DNA of 64,000 nucleotides, taken from the NCBI RefSeq assembly GCF_005239095.1, contig NZ_SZUA01000001.1:909049-973048 (forward strand), given 5' to 3'. This stretch comes from Luteimonas gilva. Lineage in GTDB: Bacteria > Pseudomonadota > Gammaproteobacteria > Xanthomonadales > Xanthomonadaceae. Position numbers and translations under genes: made by a program. Below the pieces are notes generated by a model, which saw only the letters and a program-made list of their open reading frames with translations, ran no database searches and was not told the origin of the DNA. Positions 49,002 through 59,217 of the stretch are shown here, piece after piece; the first letter of the stretch is position 1; each line of letters begins with the position of its first letter.

Positions 49002-49080
49002 GTAAGATCGATGACGGGGCTTCGGCCCCGTCATGCTGTTCGGCCGGCATCGGAGGCCGCCTCACGCTTCAGGAGTAGAA

Positions 49081-50238
49081 ATGCGAGCTTTTTCGTTGGG
49101 CGAAGAAATCGATGCGCTGCGCGATGCGGTCCGCCGCTTCGCCGAAGCCGAGATCGCGCCGCGCGCGGCGCAGATCGACCACGACAACGTCTTCCCCGCC
49201 GACCTGTGGCCCAAGCTGGGCGAGATGGGCCTGCTGGGCATGACCGTGCCGGGCGAATACGGCGGCAGCGGCATGGGCTTCCTGGCGCATATGGTGGCGA
49301 TGGAGGAAATCTCGCGCGCCTCCGGCTCGGTCGGCTTGTCTTACGTCGCGCATTCGAATCTGTGCGTGTCCAACCTGTACGCCAACGGCAACGAAGAGCA
49401 GCGCAATAAGTATCTGCCCAAGCTGTGCAGCGGCGAGTGGAAGGGCGCGCTGGCGATGAGCGAACCGGGCGCCGGTTCGGACGTGGTCGGCTCGATGCAG
49501 TGCCGCGCCGAGAAGCGCGGCGACGCGTGGGTCGCCAACGGCAGTAAGATGTGGATCACCAACGGTCCGGAAGCCGATGTCGCCGTGGTCTATATGCGCA
49601 CCGCCGGCAAGGACGCGGGCTCGAAGTGCATGACCGCCTTCATTGTCGAAAAAGGCATGAAGGGTTTCCGCGCCGCGCAGAAGCTGGACAAGCTGGGCAT
49701 GCGCGGCTCGAACACGTCCGAATTGGTGTTCGAGGATTGCGAGATCCCGGCCGCGAACGTGCTGGGCGAAGCGAACCTCGGCGTGAAGGTGCTGATGAAC
49801 GGCCTGAACACCGAGCGCTTGGTCATCACCGGCGGCCCGCTGGGTTTGATGCAAGCGGCGCTGGACGCCGCCCTGCCCTACGTGCGCGAACGCAAACAGT
49901 TCGATTCGCCGATCGGCACCTTCGGCCTGATGCAGGGCAAGATCGCCGACATGTACACAGCGTTGCAGTCCTCGCGCGCCTACGCCTACCAAGTGGCGCG
50001 CGACTACGACGAAGGCCGCAAATCGCGGATCGACGCGGCCAGCTGCCTGCTGCACGCGTCGGAAGCCTGCGTGCAGGTGGCGCTGGAGGCGATCCAGACG
50101 CTGGGCGGCAACGGCTACATCAACGAATATCCCACCGGCCGCCTCTTGCGCGACGCCAAGCTGTACGCGATCGGCGCCGGCACCAACGAGATCCGGCGGA
50201 TGCTGATCGGACGCGAACTGTTCGACGGCAAGTCCTGA
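49081..50238 (+). CDS. ivd: Isovaleryl-CoA dehydrogenase (acyl-CoA dehydrogenase family)
   Basis: Full-length ACAD with IVD-like motifs ([13 protein letters not shown], ...[35 protein letters not shown]). Confidence 0.8.
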   Translation: MRAFSLGEEIDALRDAVRRFAEAEIAPRAAQIDHDNVFPADLWPKLGEMGLLGMTVPGEYGGSGMGFLAHMVAMEEISRASGSVGLSYVAHSNLCVSNLYANGNEEQRNKYLPKLCSGEWKGALAMSEPGAGSDVVGSMQCRAEKRGDAWVANGSKMWITNGPEADVAVVYMRTAGKDAGSKCMTAFIVEKGMKGFRAAQKLDKLGMRGSNTSELVFEDCEIPAANVLGEANLGVKVLMNGLNTERLVITGGPLGLMQAALDAALPYVRERKQFDSPIGTFGLMQGKIADMYTALQSSRAYAYQVARDYDEGRKSRIDAASCLLHASEACVQVALEAIQTLGGNGYINEYPTGRLLRDAKLYAIGAGTNEIRRMLIGRELFDGKS

Positions 50239-50373
50239 GCCCGGCTTGGTTCTTGTAGGAGTGGCTTCAGCCGCGAGCTCTTTCCTTCAAATCGCGACAT
50301 TGCGGCGATTTCTGAGAAAAAGCTCGCGGCTGAAGCCGCTCCTACAAAGAGCCTTTCCTGCGGTAAATGGCGC

Positions 50374-50859
50374 TTGAGCGCCCCGGCGCAGCGTGGCAGG
50401 ATCGTCCGGATGGCCAGCCCGCCTCCCGCTGCTCAGCATCTTCGCGACCTGGTGCGGCTGCGTCGCGTCCGCGACCGGATCGACCGCGAATACGCGCAAC
50501 CGCTGGACGTCGAGGCGCTCGCCCGCGGCGCGCACATGTCGGCGGGGCACCTCAGCCGCGAATTCAAGCAAGCCTTCGGCGAGTCGCCGTACAGCTACCT
50601 CATGACGCGGCGCATCGAGCGCGCGATGGCGCTGCTGCGCCACGGCGAACTCAGCGTCACCGAAGTCTGCTTCGCGGTCGGGTGTTCCTCCCTGGGCACC
50701 TTCAGCACCCGCTTCGCCGAACTGGTGGGCATGCCGCCCAGCGTCTACAAGGCCGAGCAAACGCGCGCCACCGAGGGCATCCCCGCCTGCGTGGCCAAGC
50801 AAGTCACCAAACCGGTCAGGAATCGAGAAGCGCCGGCCACCGAGCCGGACCTAGCATGA
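50374..50859 (+). CDS. AraC-type HTH transcriptional regulator (short)
   Basis: AraC signature ...HMSAGHLSREFKQAFGESPYSYLMTRRIERAMALL...; stop overlaps the next ATG (ATGA). Confidence 0.6.
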   Translation: MSAPAQRGRIVRMASPPPAAQHLRDLVRLRRVRDRIDREYAQPLDVEALARGAHMSAGHLSREFKQAFGESPYSYLMTRRIERAMALLRHGELSVTEVCFAVGCSSLGTFSTRFAELVGMPPSVYKAEQTRATEGIPACVAKQVTKPVRNREAPATEPDLA

Positions 50860-51296
50860 CGTCTCCACCCGACAGGACGACCGCCATGAACCTCACCATC
50901 CACTCCAGCTTTCTCCCGCACAACGATCCGGAGGCCACGTTGGCCTTCTACCGCGACGCCCTCGGCTTCGAGGTGCGCAAGGACGTCGGCTACAAGGGCC
51001 TGCGCTGGATCACGGTCGGCCCCGCCGGCCAGCCCGACACGAACATCGTGCTGCACCCGCCGGCCGCCACGCCCGGCATCACCGACGACGAGCGCCGCAC
51101 CATCGCCGAGATGATGGCCAAGGGCACCTACGCCATGATCATCCTGGCCACCGCCGATCTCGACGCCACCTTCGCGAAGCTGGAGGCCGGCGGCGCCGAA
51201 GTCATCCACGAGCCGACCGAACAGCCGTACGGGATTCGCGACTGCGCCTTCCGCGACCCCTCCGGCAACCACGTCCGCATCAACGAAGCGAAGTGA
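50856..51296 (+). CDS. VOC family protein (glyoxalase/bleomycin-resistance fold)
   Basis: ATLAFYRDALGFEVRKD...YGIRDCAFRDPSGNHVRINE. Confidence 0.7.
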   Translation: MTSPPDRTTAMNLTIHSSFLPHNDPEATLAFYRDALGFEVRKDVGYKGLRWITVGPAGQPDTNIVLHPPAATPGITDDERRTIAEMMAKGTYAMIILATADLDATFAKLEAGGAEVIHEPTEQPYGIRDCAFRDPSGNHVRINEAK

Positions 51297-51395
51297 GGCG
51301 AGCCGCTCGCGATCGCCGTCCCGCGCCTAAACGTCCGTACGTCCGCACCCGGCGAACCGCCGGGCCCTGTGCAGCCTGTCTTCATAGGAGGTCCC

Positions 51396-51623
51396 ATGAA
51401 CTGGAACAAATGGATCAGGCAGTTTCACCGTTGGGTCGCCATCGCCTTCACCTTGACGGTCATCGTCACGTTCATCGCTTTGGCGCAGGAAAATCCCGTG
51501 GTTTGGATCTCCTACGTGCCACTGTTCCCGCTCGCCCTTCTGCTGATCACCGGCTTGTATCTGTTCGCGCTGCCGTACGTACTTAAGTGGCGCGGCGGAG
51601 CGCGTGCAGCGGGCGAAATCTGA
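51396..51623 (+). CDS. Small membrane protein (2 TM), hypothetical
   Basis: MNWNKWIRQFHRWVAIAFTLTVIVTFIALA... Confidence 0.35.
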   Translation: MNWNKWIRQFHRWVAIAFTLTVIVTFIALAQENPVVWISYVPLFPLALLLITGLYLFALPYVLKWRGGARAAGEI

Positions 51624-51696
51624 CGCAAAGCGTTCGTGCGCGCGGCCGCGGCACGCACGAAATTCGAAACCCACCGATCCAACGATAGGAACGCAC

Positions 51697-52209
51697 ATGG
51701 CCAAGACCGCCAAAAAAGCCGCCAAGCCCGCGGCGAAGAAAGCCGCGCAGAAGCCCGCCAAGAGCGCCGCGGCCGACAAGGGATCCAAAGGATTCACCTC
51801 GGACGAAAAAGCGGCGATGAAAGAACGCGCCCAGGAACTGAAGGCCGAAGCGAAGGCGAACGCAAGCCGGGCCGAGGGCGAAAAAACCTTGCTCGCCGCG
51901 ATCGCCGCGATGCCCGCCTCGGATCGCGCCATGGCCAAGCGGCTGCACGAGATCGTTTCGGCCAGCGCGCCGGCCTTATGGCCGAAGACCTGGTACGGCA
52001 TGCCCGCCTACACCACCGGCAAAGACGGCAAGGTCCTCTGCTTCTTCCAGAGCGCGGCCAAGTTCAAGTCGAGGTACGCGACCTTCGGCTTCAACGACGT
52101 GGCCAAGCTCGACGACGGCGCGATGTGGCCGACCGCCTTCGCGCTGAAGGAACTGACCTCGGCCGCGGAAGCGAAGATCGCCGCGCTGGTGAAGAAAGCG
52201 GCGGGTTGA
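51697..52209 (+). CDS. DUF1801 (YdhG-like) domain protein with Lys/Ala-rich histone-H1-like N-terminus
   Basis: MAKTAKKAAKPAAKKAAQKPAKSAAADKG... then KTWYGMPAYT...KSRYATFGF. Confidence 0.55.
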   Translation: MAKTAKKAAKPAAKKAAQKPAKSAAADKGSKGFTSDEKAAMKERAQELKAEAKANASRAEGEKTLLAAIAAMPASDRAMAKRLHEIVSASAPALWPKTWYGMPAYTTGKDGKVLCFFQSAAKFKSRYATFGFNDVAKLDDGAMWPTAFALKELTSAAEAKIAALVKKAAG

Positions 52210-52332
52210 GGCGGGCCGGGCCTCGCCTGCCCTCGCCTAAAATCTTTCGGCGGGCATGTAGAGAATCCATGGCGTGCTCCGACTTACTCCCGAAGCGCCC
52301 ATCCGGGCGTGGATGGCCCAACGGAGACCGAC

Positions 52333-52731
52333 ATGAAATACATCCTGATGATGAACTTCCCGAACAGCGCCTGGAAAACCTCCCGCATGGAGCTTTGGCC
52401 GGAGCAGGACCGGCAAAACCACATGGCGTACCTGACCCGGATGAACCAGGACCTGCAGGAAGCCGGCGAACGCGTGGACGTGCAGGGCCTGGCCGGCCCG
52501 GAAACTGCGGTCTTCGTGCATGCCCGGCACGACGGCACGCCGGCGGTCACCGACGGCCCGTTCGCCGAGTCCAAGGAATTCCTGGCCGGCTGGCTGATCG
52601 TGGACGTGGACAGCCCCGAGCGAGCGCATGAAATCGCCGCACGCTGGTCCGCCGGCCCCGGCCCGGGCGGCAAGCCGCTGAACTTGCCGGTGGAAGTGCG
52701 GCCGCTGATGCACGGCTCGCCCAAGAAGTGA
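52333..52731 (+). CDS. YciI-like (DGPF) protein, sigma-factor-associated
   Basis: MKYILMMNFPNSAWK...; stop overlaps the GTG start of the ECF sigma gene. Confidence 0.65.
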   Translation: MKYILMMNFPNSAWKTSRMELWPEQDRQNHMAYLTRMNQDLQEAGERVDVQGLAGPETAVFVHARHDGTPAVTDGPFAESKEFLAGWLIVDVDSPERAHEIAARWSAGPGPGGKPLNLPVEVRPLMHGSPKK

Positions 52732-53999
52732 GCCCGGCCGATCCGCGAATCGCCACCGAGCGCCTGTTGCGCGACCTCGCGCCGCAGGCGCTCGGCGCGG
52801 TGATCCGCCGCTTCGGCGATTTCTCCGCTTCGGAAGACGCCGTGCAGGAAGCGTTGCTGGCGGCCGCCACGCAATGGCCGGCGCAAGGCGTCCCGGACAA
52901 TCCGCGCGGCTGGCTGATCCAAGTCGCCGCGCGACGGATGACCGACCATCTGCGCAGCGAGATCGCGCGGCGGCGGCGCGAAACCGAGTCGTTCGAACAA
53001 ACCCCGCCCGAAGAGCTGCTCGCGCCGGCCGCGGACGAAACGCTGGAGAACGCGGGCGACGACGCCTTGCGGCTGTTGTTCTTGTGCTGCCATTCCGCGT
53101 TGACGCCGGCGTCGGCGATCGCGCTGACGTTGCGCGCCGTCGGCGGCTTGACCACCGCCGAAATCGCCAACGCCTTCCTGGTGCCGGAAGCGACCATGGC
53201 GCAACGGATCAGCCGCGCCAAGCAGAGCGTGCAAGAGGCCGGCGGGCGCTTCCATACGCCCGATCCCGCCGAACAAGCCGAGCGCCTGCCGTCGGTGCTG
53301 CACGTGCTGTACCTGATCTTCAACGAAGGCTACGCCAGCAGCGTGGGCACGGAGCTGCAGCGCGGCGACCTGGCCGACGAAGCGATCCGCCTGGCACGCA
53401 TCCTCCACCAGCTGCTGCCGGAAAACACCGAAGCCGCCGGCCTGCTCGCGCTGATGTTGCTGACCGATGCCCGGCGCGCGGCGCGCACCGGACCCGGCGG
53501 CGAACCGATTCCGCTCGATCGCCAGGACCGCTCGTTATGGGACAGGCTCGCGATCGCCGAAGGCACGGCATTGCTCGGCATCGTCCTGCCCAGGGGCGCC
53601 GTGGGTCCTTACCAATTGCAAGCCGCCATCGCGGCCGTGCACGACGAAGCGGATCGCGCCGAAGACACCGACTGGCCGCGAATCCTGGCGCTGTACGAAT
53701 TGCTCAAGCGCATGTCGGACAATCCGATGGTGGCTTTGAACCACGCCGTCGCCGCGGCGATGGTGCGCGGGCCGCGCGCCGGGCTGGACTTGCTCGAGGC
53801 GCTCGACAAGGACAAACGGATGGCGAACAACCACCGTCTCGACGCCGTTCGCGCGCACTTGCTGGAAATGGCGGGCGACAAAGCGGCGGCGATCGCGCGC
53901 TATCGCGCCGCCGCGATGCGCACGACCAGCGTCCCCGAACGCGATTACCTCGGCGCACAGGCCAGCCGGCTCGAAACTTCCATCGATCGACCGGCATAG
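52728..53999 (+). CDS. RNA polymerase sigma-70 factor, ECF subfamily (SigJ/ECF41-like with extended C-terminal domain)
   Basis: Sigma-2 (EDAVQEALLAAATQWP) and sigma-4 regions plus about 200-aa C-terminal extension; classic YciI-ECF pairing. Confidence 0.75.
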   Translation: MSPADPRIATERLLRDLAPQALGAVIRRFGDFSASEDAVQEALLAAATQWPAQGVPDNPRGWLIQVAARRMTDHLRSEIARRRRETESFEQTPPEELLAPAADETLENAGDDALRLLFLCCHSALTPASAIALTLRAVGGLTTAEIANAFLVPEATMAQRISRAKQSVQEAGGRFHTPDPAEQAERLPSVLHVLYLIFNEGYASSVGTELQRGDLADEAIRLARILHQLLPENTEAAGLLALMLLTDARRAARTGPGGEPIPLDRQDRSLWDRLAIAEGTALLGIVLPRGAVGPYQLQAAIAAVHDEADRAEDTDWPRILALYELLKRMSDNPMVALNHAVAAAMVRGPRAGLDLLEALDKDKRMANNHRLDAVRAHLLEMAGDKAAAIARYRAAAMRTTSVPERDYLGAQASRLETSIDRPA

Positions 54000-54178
54000 A
54001 ACCGTTTCGCGACGCTCGCGCCGAGCCGGCGCAAACGATTCGCAAGCGGCGCCTTGGGCGCAGTTGCGTGCGCCTATCGGGGCTTGCGGCGCGAACCGAC
54101 GAAAGGTGGCTGGTCGCGCGCAGTTCGTGCGTTGGTATCCGGTGTCGGCTCAAAGGACTGCGCACTAGGAGGTGCGAA

Positions 54179-55741
54179 ATGGCCAAGACAACGGGCGGCG
54201 CTGGCCGCATGCATTCGAACGACGAACGCCAACGGATCCGGGCGACTTTCGGTCCGCAGATCTCCCCGCCGGTGGACCTCAACAAGACGCGGCTGCCGTC
54301 CCTGGCGGCCCATCCTCTGGTCGGAAAATCTTTGGCCGCGCAGGTCTCCCGCTTGCGAAAAGGCACGCGCATCGCCACGCCCGCGGACCTGTTCCATGCC
54401 GGCGCGATAGACCGCAAACGCCTGCGCTTTCTGGAGGCGTGCAGCTACGGCGCCACGCCGATCCGGCCGTTGATGACCGCGATCGGCATCGAAGGCGAAC
54501 ATTTGTACGTGGACGAAGCCTTCGCGCTGCGCTTCGACTGGCTTGGCGCATCGATGTCCAAGCCGGTCATCCTGTCGGTGCAGATACGCTATCCCTCCGG
54601 CCGCACTTCCGCGTTCCACGTGCGGTTGGCGAAAGAGCACATCGCCGCGGGCGGCATCGCACTGCCCGGCTTCGCTTCGGGCGAATCCGGCGAGCTGTAC
54701 GTGCTGGCGACGCTGCGCGACGACGCGGGCCGCGTTTCGCGCCTCAGTGCGATGTTCGGCGTCTTCACCCGCAACCCGGTGCAGATGTTCGTCGCTCCGC
54801 AGTTCTCCACCCAATCCGGCAGCGCCGGCGCGCCCAAATACAATTTCGGCGAGAACCGCTGGTATTGCTACGCCGACGTGCGCTGGGTCAACGGGGAACC
54901 GCGCGCCGTGAATCTCGGACGCCGGGTCGACGTGCACGTGACCGACGCCGGGATCGGCACAGTGGCCGATTTTTCCTTCGACCTGTCCGGCGACATCGTC
55001 ATTCCGGCGATGTCCACCGTGTACGGCAACCTCTACACCTTCCACGGCAGCGGCGGCGTCTTCGACGAATTCAGCGCCAAGGGCGACTTGACGTTCCGCT
55101 ATTCGATGAACGGCTCGGGCCACAACCCCGCCCGGTCGATGGTTTGGCGGACGATGCGGACGATCGGCTACAACATCATCCGGGTCGGCGATTTCACCGC
55201 CGCCGAGCGCAACGAATACCGCCGCGCCGCAGCGGAAGTCGCGTCGGGCATCTTCCGCTCGCGCGACATGACCGTGTACGGCGTCGAGCTGTACCGGATC
55301 GAAGGCACGCGCGAGATGGACGCCGACCGCGACCGCTACCGGTTCATCGACAGCGACGCCGAGCAGAACGAAATCAGCGCCAAGTACAGCGTGGACAATT
55401 GGTACATCGACGTATTCTTCGTCGAAGGCCGCTGGGACGGCGCGTTCGGCGCGTCCTATGTGAATGCGCCCGTCGACAAACAAGGCGACCGCAGCGGCAT
55501 GGTGATCCGCCGCGATTCGGACACGGTCAACCTGGGGCAAACCTTCGCCCACGAAGCCGGCCACCACCTGGGCCTGGAGCACGCCGACGAGAACGACGGT
55601 TTGGCGGACACCGATCCCGCCTCGCCGACGATCTCGGAGAATTTCATCTTCTCCAGCTCGCTGCGCGACAGCACCGCAATCACCGGGGGCCAGATCAACA
55701 AGATGCGGCAGCACGGCCTGGTCCGGTCGATGACGCCTTAA
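54179..55741 (+). CDS. Metzincin-like zinc metalloprotease (HExxHxxGxxH), cytoplasmic, N-terminal 400 aa unassigned
   Basis: AGGAGG RBS; FAHEAGHHLGLEHADE gives HEAGHHLGLEH, an exact HExxHxxGxxH; downstream NKMRQ possible Met-turn; no signal peptide. Confidence 0.55.
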   Translation: MAKTTGGAGRMHSNDERQRIRATFGPQISPPVDLNKTRLPSLAAHPLVGKSLAAQVSRLRKGTRIATPADLFHAGAIDRKRLRFLEACSYGATPIRPLMTAIGIEGEHLYVDEAFALRFDWLGASMSKPVILSVQIRYPSGRTSAFHVRLAKEHIAAGGIALPGFASGESGELYVLATLRDDAGRVSRLSAMFGVFTRNPVQMFVAPQFSTQSGSAGAPKYNFGENRWYCYADVRWVNGEPRAVNLGRRVDVHVTDAGIGTVADFSFDLSGDIVIPAMSTVYGNLYTFHGSGGVFDEFSAKGDLTFRYSMNGSGHNPARSMVWRTMRTIGYNIIRVGDFTAAERNEYRRAAAEVASGIFRSRDMTVYGVELYRIEGTREMDADRDRYRFIDSDAEQNEISAKYSVDNWYIDVFFVEGRWDGAFGASYVNAPVDKQGDRSGMVIRRDSDTVNLGQTFAHEAGHHLGLEHADENDGLADTDPASPTISENFIFSSSLRDSTAITGGQINKMRQHGLVRSMTP

Positions 55742-55753
55742 GGAGGATCCGCC

Positions 55754-56461
55754 ATGAAGAAAAGGACGATCAAGGGCCGCAAGCTCCCGGTGAAACTGCC
55801 TTCGCTGCCCGACCGCGAATCGGGCCCGACCCGCTACAACGAGCCCGAACCGCGCAGCGCGCAGGACCGCCTGCCGCGCACCGCTTTCCGCTTGGGCGAG
55901 GGCAAGGCCGATCTGCGCCTTCGCGTCGAACAATTGCTGATGCGCAAAGAAGCCGCGCCCAGCGATGCTTGGGAATCGCTCGGCCAAGAAGCGCGGGCGA
56001 TGCTGGTGGACCTGCTGGACGATCCGGTGGTGCATGCGCAAGAAGCTCTGCTGCACCGGGTCATCGCCACGGTGGGGCAACTGGCGATCAATCGCGGCAT
56101 CGCGCCGCTCGGCGCGCTGCTGACCGACGGCGACGAGCGCGCGATCACCCGCACCTACGCCGCCAACGCCCTGGGCCGCATCGGCGAGCCCGCGGCGATC
56201 GAATCGCTGGCCGCCGCGGTCAACGCCTCCGATGCGATGCTGCGCCGGCAGGTGGCGATCGCGTTGGACCGGATCGATCGCGACGCGGCGCTGCCGCATT
56301 TGCTCAAGCTGGGCGCCGATAAATCGGTGGCGGTCTCCGAAGTCGCGGTTCGTGCGCTGCAGCGGTTGCGCCCGCCGGGCGTTCGCGTCGCGAGTCCGAA
56401 GAAGCGGACGCCCGCCGCGCGGACGCGCAAGAAGAAAACCATGCCCGCAGCGGACGTTTGA
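55754..56461 (+). CDS. HEAT-repeat (PBS lyase-like) protein
   Basis: Repeats ...YAANALGRIGEPAAIESLAAAVNASDAMLRRQVAIALDRI...; GGAGG RBS; 12 nt after the metzincin stop. Confidence 0.55.
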   Translation: MKKRTIKGRKLPVKLPSLPDRESGPTRYNEPEPRSAQDRLPRTAFRLGEGKADLRLRVEQLLMRKEAAPSDAWESLGQEARAMLVDLLDDPVVHAQEALLHRVIATVGQLAINRGIAPLGALLTDGDERAITRTYAANALGRIGEPAAIESLAAAVNASDAMLRRQVAIALDRIDRDAALPHLLKLGADKSVAVSEVAVRALQRLRPPGVRVASPKKRTPAARTRKKKTMPAADV

Positions 56462-56483
56462 GCCGCTCGGCAACGAAAAAGCG

Positions 56484-56511
56484 GGCCGAAGCCCGCTTTT
56501 TCGCGTTCGCT
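56484..56511. terminator. Bidirectional rho-independent terminator between the HEAT-repeat gene and pnp
   Basis: AAAAAGCGGGCTTCGGCCCGCTTTTTCG: perfect hairpin flanked by A and T tracts on both sides. Confidence 0.7.
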
Positions 56512-56527
56512 GCGATGAAACCGCGGC

Positions 56528-58660
56528 TTATTCGGCGGTGACGCCTTCGCCTTCTTCCACGGCCTTCATCGACAGGCGGATGCGGCCCTGCTTGTCGACT
56601 TCCAGCACCTTCACCTTGACCACGTCGCCTTCCTTCAGCTTGTCGCTGACCTTCTCGACGCGCTCGTTGGAGATCTGCGAAACGTGCACCAGACCGTCCT
56701 TGCCCGGCAGGATGGTCACGAAAGCGCCGAAGTCCATCAGCTTGACGACCTTGCCTTCGTAGATGCGGCCCGGCTCGACGTCGGACGTGATCTGCTCGAT
56801 GCGCGCCTTCGCGGCTTGCGCGGCGGCGGCGTTGACCGAGGCGATGACGATGGTGCCGTCGTCCTGGATGTCGATCTGGGTGCCGGTTTCCTTGGTGATG
56901 GCCTGGATGGTCGAGCCGCCCTTGCCGATCACTTCGCGGATCTTGTCCGGATGGATCTTGATGGTGAGCAGGCGCGGCGCGTACTCGCTCAGCTCGCCGC
57001 GCGGCGCGGTCAGCGCCTTGGCCATCTCGCCGAGGATGTGCAGGCGGCCCTGCTTGGCCTGGGCCAGCGCGACCTTCATGATCTCTTCGGTGATGCCCTG
57101 GATCTTGATGTCCATCTGCAGCGCAGTGACGCCGTTCTCGCTGCCGGCGACCTTGAAGTCCATGTCGCCGAGGTGGTCTTCGTCGCCCAGGATGTCGCTC
57201 AGCACGACGTAGTCGTTGCCTTCCTTCACCAGGCCCATCGCGATGCCCGCGACCGGCGACTTCACCGGCACGCCCGCATCCATCAGCGCCAGCGAGGAGC
57301 CGCAGACCGAAGCCATCGACGAGGAACCGTTCGACTCGGTGATTTCGGACACCACGCGCACGGTGTACGGGAAGGCTTCCATCGACGGCATCATCGCCAG
57401 CACGCCGCGCTTGGCCAGGCGGCCGTGGCCGATCTCGCGGCGCTTGGGCGCGCCGAAGCGGCCGGTCTCGCCCACCGAGTACGGCGGGAAGTTGTAGTGG
57501 AACAGGAAGTGTTCCTTCCACTCGCCGGCGACGTCGTCGATGATCTGGCCGTCGCGCGCGGTGCCCAGCGTGGTCACGACCAGCGCCTGGGTTTCGCCGC
57601 GGGTGAACAGCGCCGAGCCGTGCACGCGCGGCAGCACGCCGACCTGGCAGTTGATGGCGCGGATGTCGTCCAGCTTGCGGCCGTCGATGCGGATCTTGGT
57701 CGACAGCACCGAACCGCGCATGGTCTGGTATTCGAGTTCGCCGAATTCCTTGCTCATGTCGCCCGCGGCCCAGCCTTCGGCTTCGGCGCGGCCGGCCAGC
57801 GATTGCATCACGTCCTTCTTGATCGCGGCGATCGCGTCGCGGCGCTGCAGCTTGTCGCGGACCTGGAAGGCCTGGCCCAGACGGTCGCCGACGGCTTCCT
57901 TCAGCGCGCCGATCATGCCGGCGTTCTTCTCCGGAGCCTGCCAGGACGAAGCGGCGGCGTTGGCTTCGACGGTCAGGTCGTTGATCGCGTTGATGACCTT
58001 CTGCATTTCGCGATGGCCGAACATCACCGCGCCCAGCATCACGTCTTCCGACAATTCCTTGGCTTCGGATTCGACCATCAGCACGGCGTTCGAGGTGCCG
58101 GCGACGACGAGTTCGAGTTCGGAATCCTTAAGTTCGGTGACCGACGGATTCAGGATGTACTCGCCGTTCTTGTAGCCGACCTTGGCCGCGCCGATCGGGC
58201 CCTGGAACGGCGTGCCGCACAGCGCCAGCGCGGCGGAGGCGCCGATCAGCGCCGGAAGGTCGCCTTCCACTTCCGGATTCAACGACATCAGGGTGGCGAT
58301 GATCTGGACTTCGTTCTTGTAGTCCTCGGGGAACAGCGGGCGGATCGGACGGTCGATCAGACGGCTGATCAGGGTTTCCTTCTCGGTCGGACGGCCTTCG
58401 CGCTTGAAGAAGCCGCCCGGGATGCGGCCGCCGGCGTAGAACTTTTCCTGATAGTCGACGGTGAGCGGGAAGAAGTCCTGGCCTTCGCGCGCCGACTTGG
58501 CGGCGACCGCGCTGACCAGCACTACGGTGCCGTCGATCTTGACGAGGACCGCGCCGCCGGCCTGGCGGGCGACTTCGCCGGTTTCCAGCGTGACCTGGTG
58601 CTTGCCGTACTGGAACGTCTTGGTGATTTTTGCCACGTTGTTTTCCTTGGAAATCTTCAT
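56528..58660 (-). CDS. pnp: Polyribonucleotide nucleotidyltransferase (PNPase)
   Basis: Full PNPase with two RNase PH domains, KH and S1 domains. ATG at 58660 or GTG at 58636 giving [11 protein letters not shown]. Confidence 0.9.
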   Translation of the reverse strand: MKISKENNVAKITKTFQYGKHQVTLETGEVARQAGGAVLVKIDGTVVLVSAVAAKSAREGQDFFPLTVDYQEKFYAGGRIPGGFFKREGRPTEKETLISRLIDRPIRPLFPEDYKNEVQIIATLMSLNPEVEGDLPALIGASAALALCGTPFQGPIGAAKVGYKNGEYILNPSVTELKDSELELVVAGTSNAVLMVESEAKELSEDVMLGAVMFGHREMQKVINAINDLTVEANAAASSWQAPEKNAGMIGALKEAVGDRLGQAFQVRDKLQRRDAIAAIKKDVMQSLAGRAEAEGWAAGDMSKEFGELEYQTMRGSVLSTKIRIDGRKLDDIRAINCQVGVLPRVHGSALFTRGETQALVVTTLGTARDGQIIDDVAGEWKEHFLFHYNFPPYSVGETGRFGAPKRREIGHGRLAKRGVLAMMPSMEAFPYTVRVVSEITESNGSSSMASVCGSSLALMDAGVPVKSPVAGIAMGLVKEGNDYVVLSDILGDEDHLGDMDFKVAGSENGVTALQMDIKIQGITEEIMKVALAQAKQGRLHILGEMAKALTAPRGELSEYAPRLLTIKIHPDKIREVIGKGGSTIQAITKETGTQIDIQDDGTIVIASVNAAAAQAAKARIEQITSDVEPGRIYEGKVVKLMDFGAFVTILPGKDGLVHVSQISNERVEKVSDKLKEGDVVKVKVLEVDKQGRIRLSMKAVEEGEGVTAE

Positions 58661-58762
58661 CTGGACCGGACGGGACCCTTGCCCCGCCGGGCGGCCGCAT
58701 CGCGCGACCTTCGCATTTGCGGATCCCTCCGCAAGAACCCGGCCATCCTGCCCGGACTGTCC

Positions 58763-58799
58763 AAAAAAGAGACCGCGGCGCATCGCTGCGCCGCGGTCG
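58763..58799 (-). terminator. rpsO terminator / pnp leader hairpin
   Basis: Minus strand reads GACCGCGGCGCAGCGATGCGCCGCGGTC followed by TCTTTTTTGG, between rpsO stop and pnp start. Confidence 0.65.
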
Positions 58800-58806
58800 G
58801 TGTTGT

Positions 58807-59067
58807 TTAGCGACGCAGGCCTAGCTTCTGGATCAGGGCTTTGTAGCGCTCGGCGTCTTTCTTGTGCAGATAGTCGAGCAGGCTGCGGCGGCGGTTGACC
58901 ATCTTGAGCAGGCCGCGACGGCTGTGGTGGTCCTGCTTGTGGGTCTTGAAGTGGCCGGTGAGCTGTTCGATGCGTGCGGTGAGCAGGGCGACCTGGACTT
59001 CGGGGGAACCGGTGTCGGCGGCGCCGCGCTTGTTGTCTTCGATGATCTTGCTGGTGTCGATGGACAT
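58807..59067 (-). CDS. rpsO: 30S ribosomal protein S15
   Basis: [54 protein letters not shown]... Confidence 0.9.
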   Translation of the reverse strand: MSIDTSKIIEDNKRGAADTGSPEVQVALLTARIEQLTGHFKTHKQDHHSRRGLLKMVNRRRSLLDYLHKKDAERYKALIQKLGLRR

Positions 59068-59217
59068 GCTTGCCTCTGGGTAGATGCGAAACCTGCAGGA
59101 ACGCGCCGCCGGGAATGCCGGAGGGGCGCACCGCCTGGTTCGCCGTGAACTAAGGTAATGGATGAGCCGAAAAACGGCCGCGAAATTGTAGCCGCCGGGC
59201 CCTTTGGAAACAAGGCT

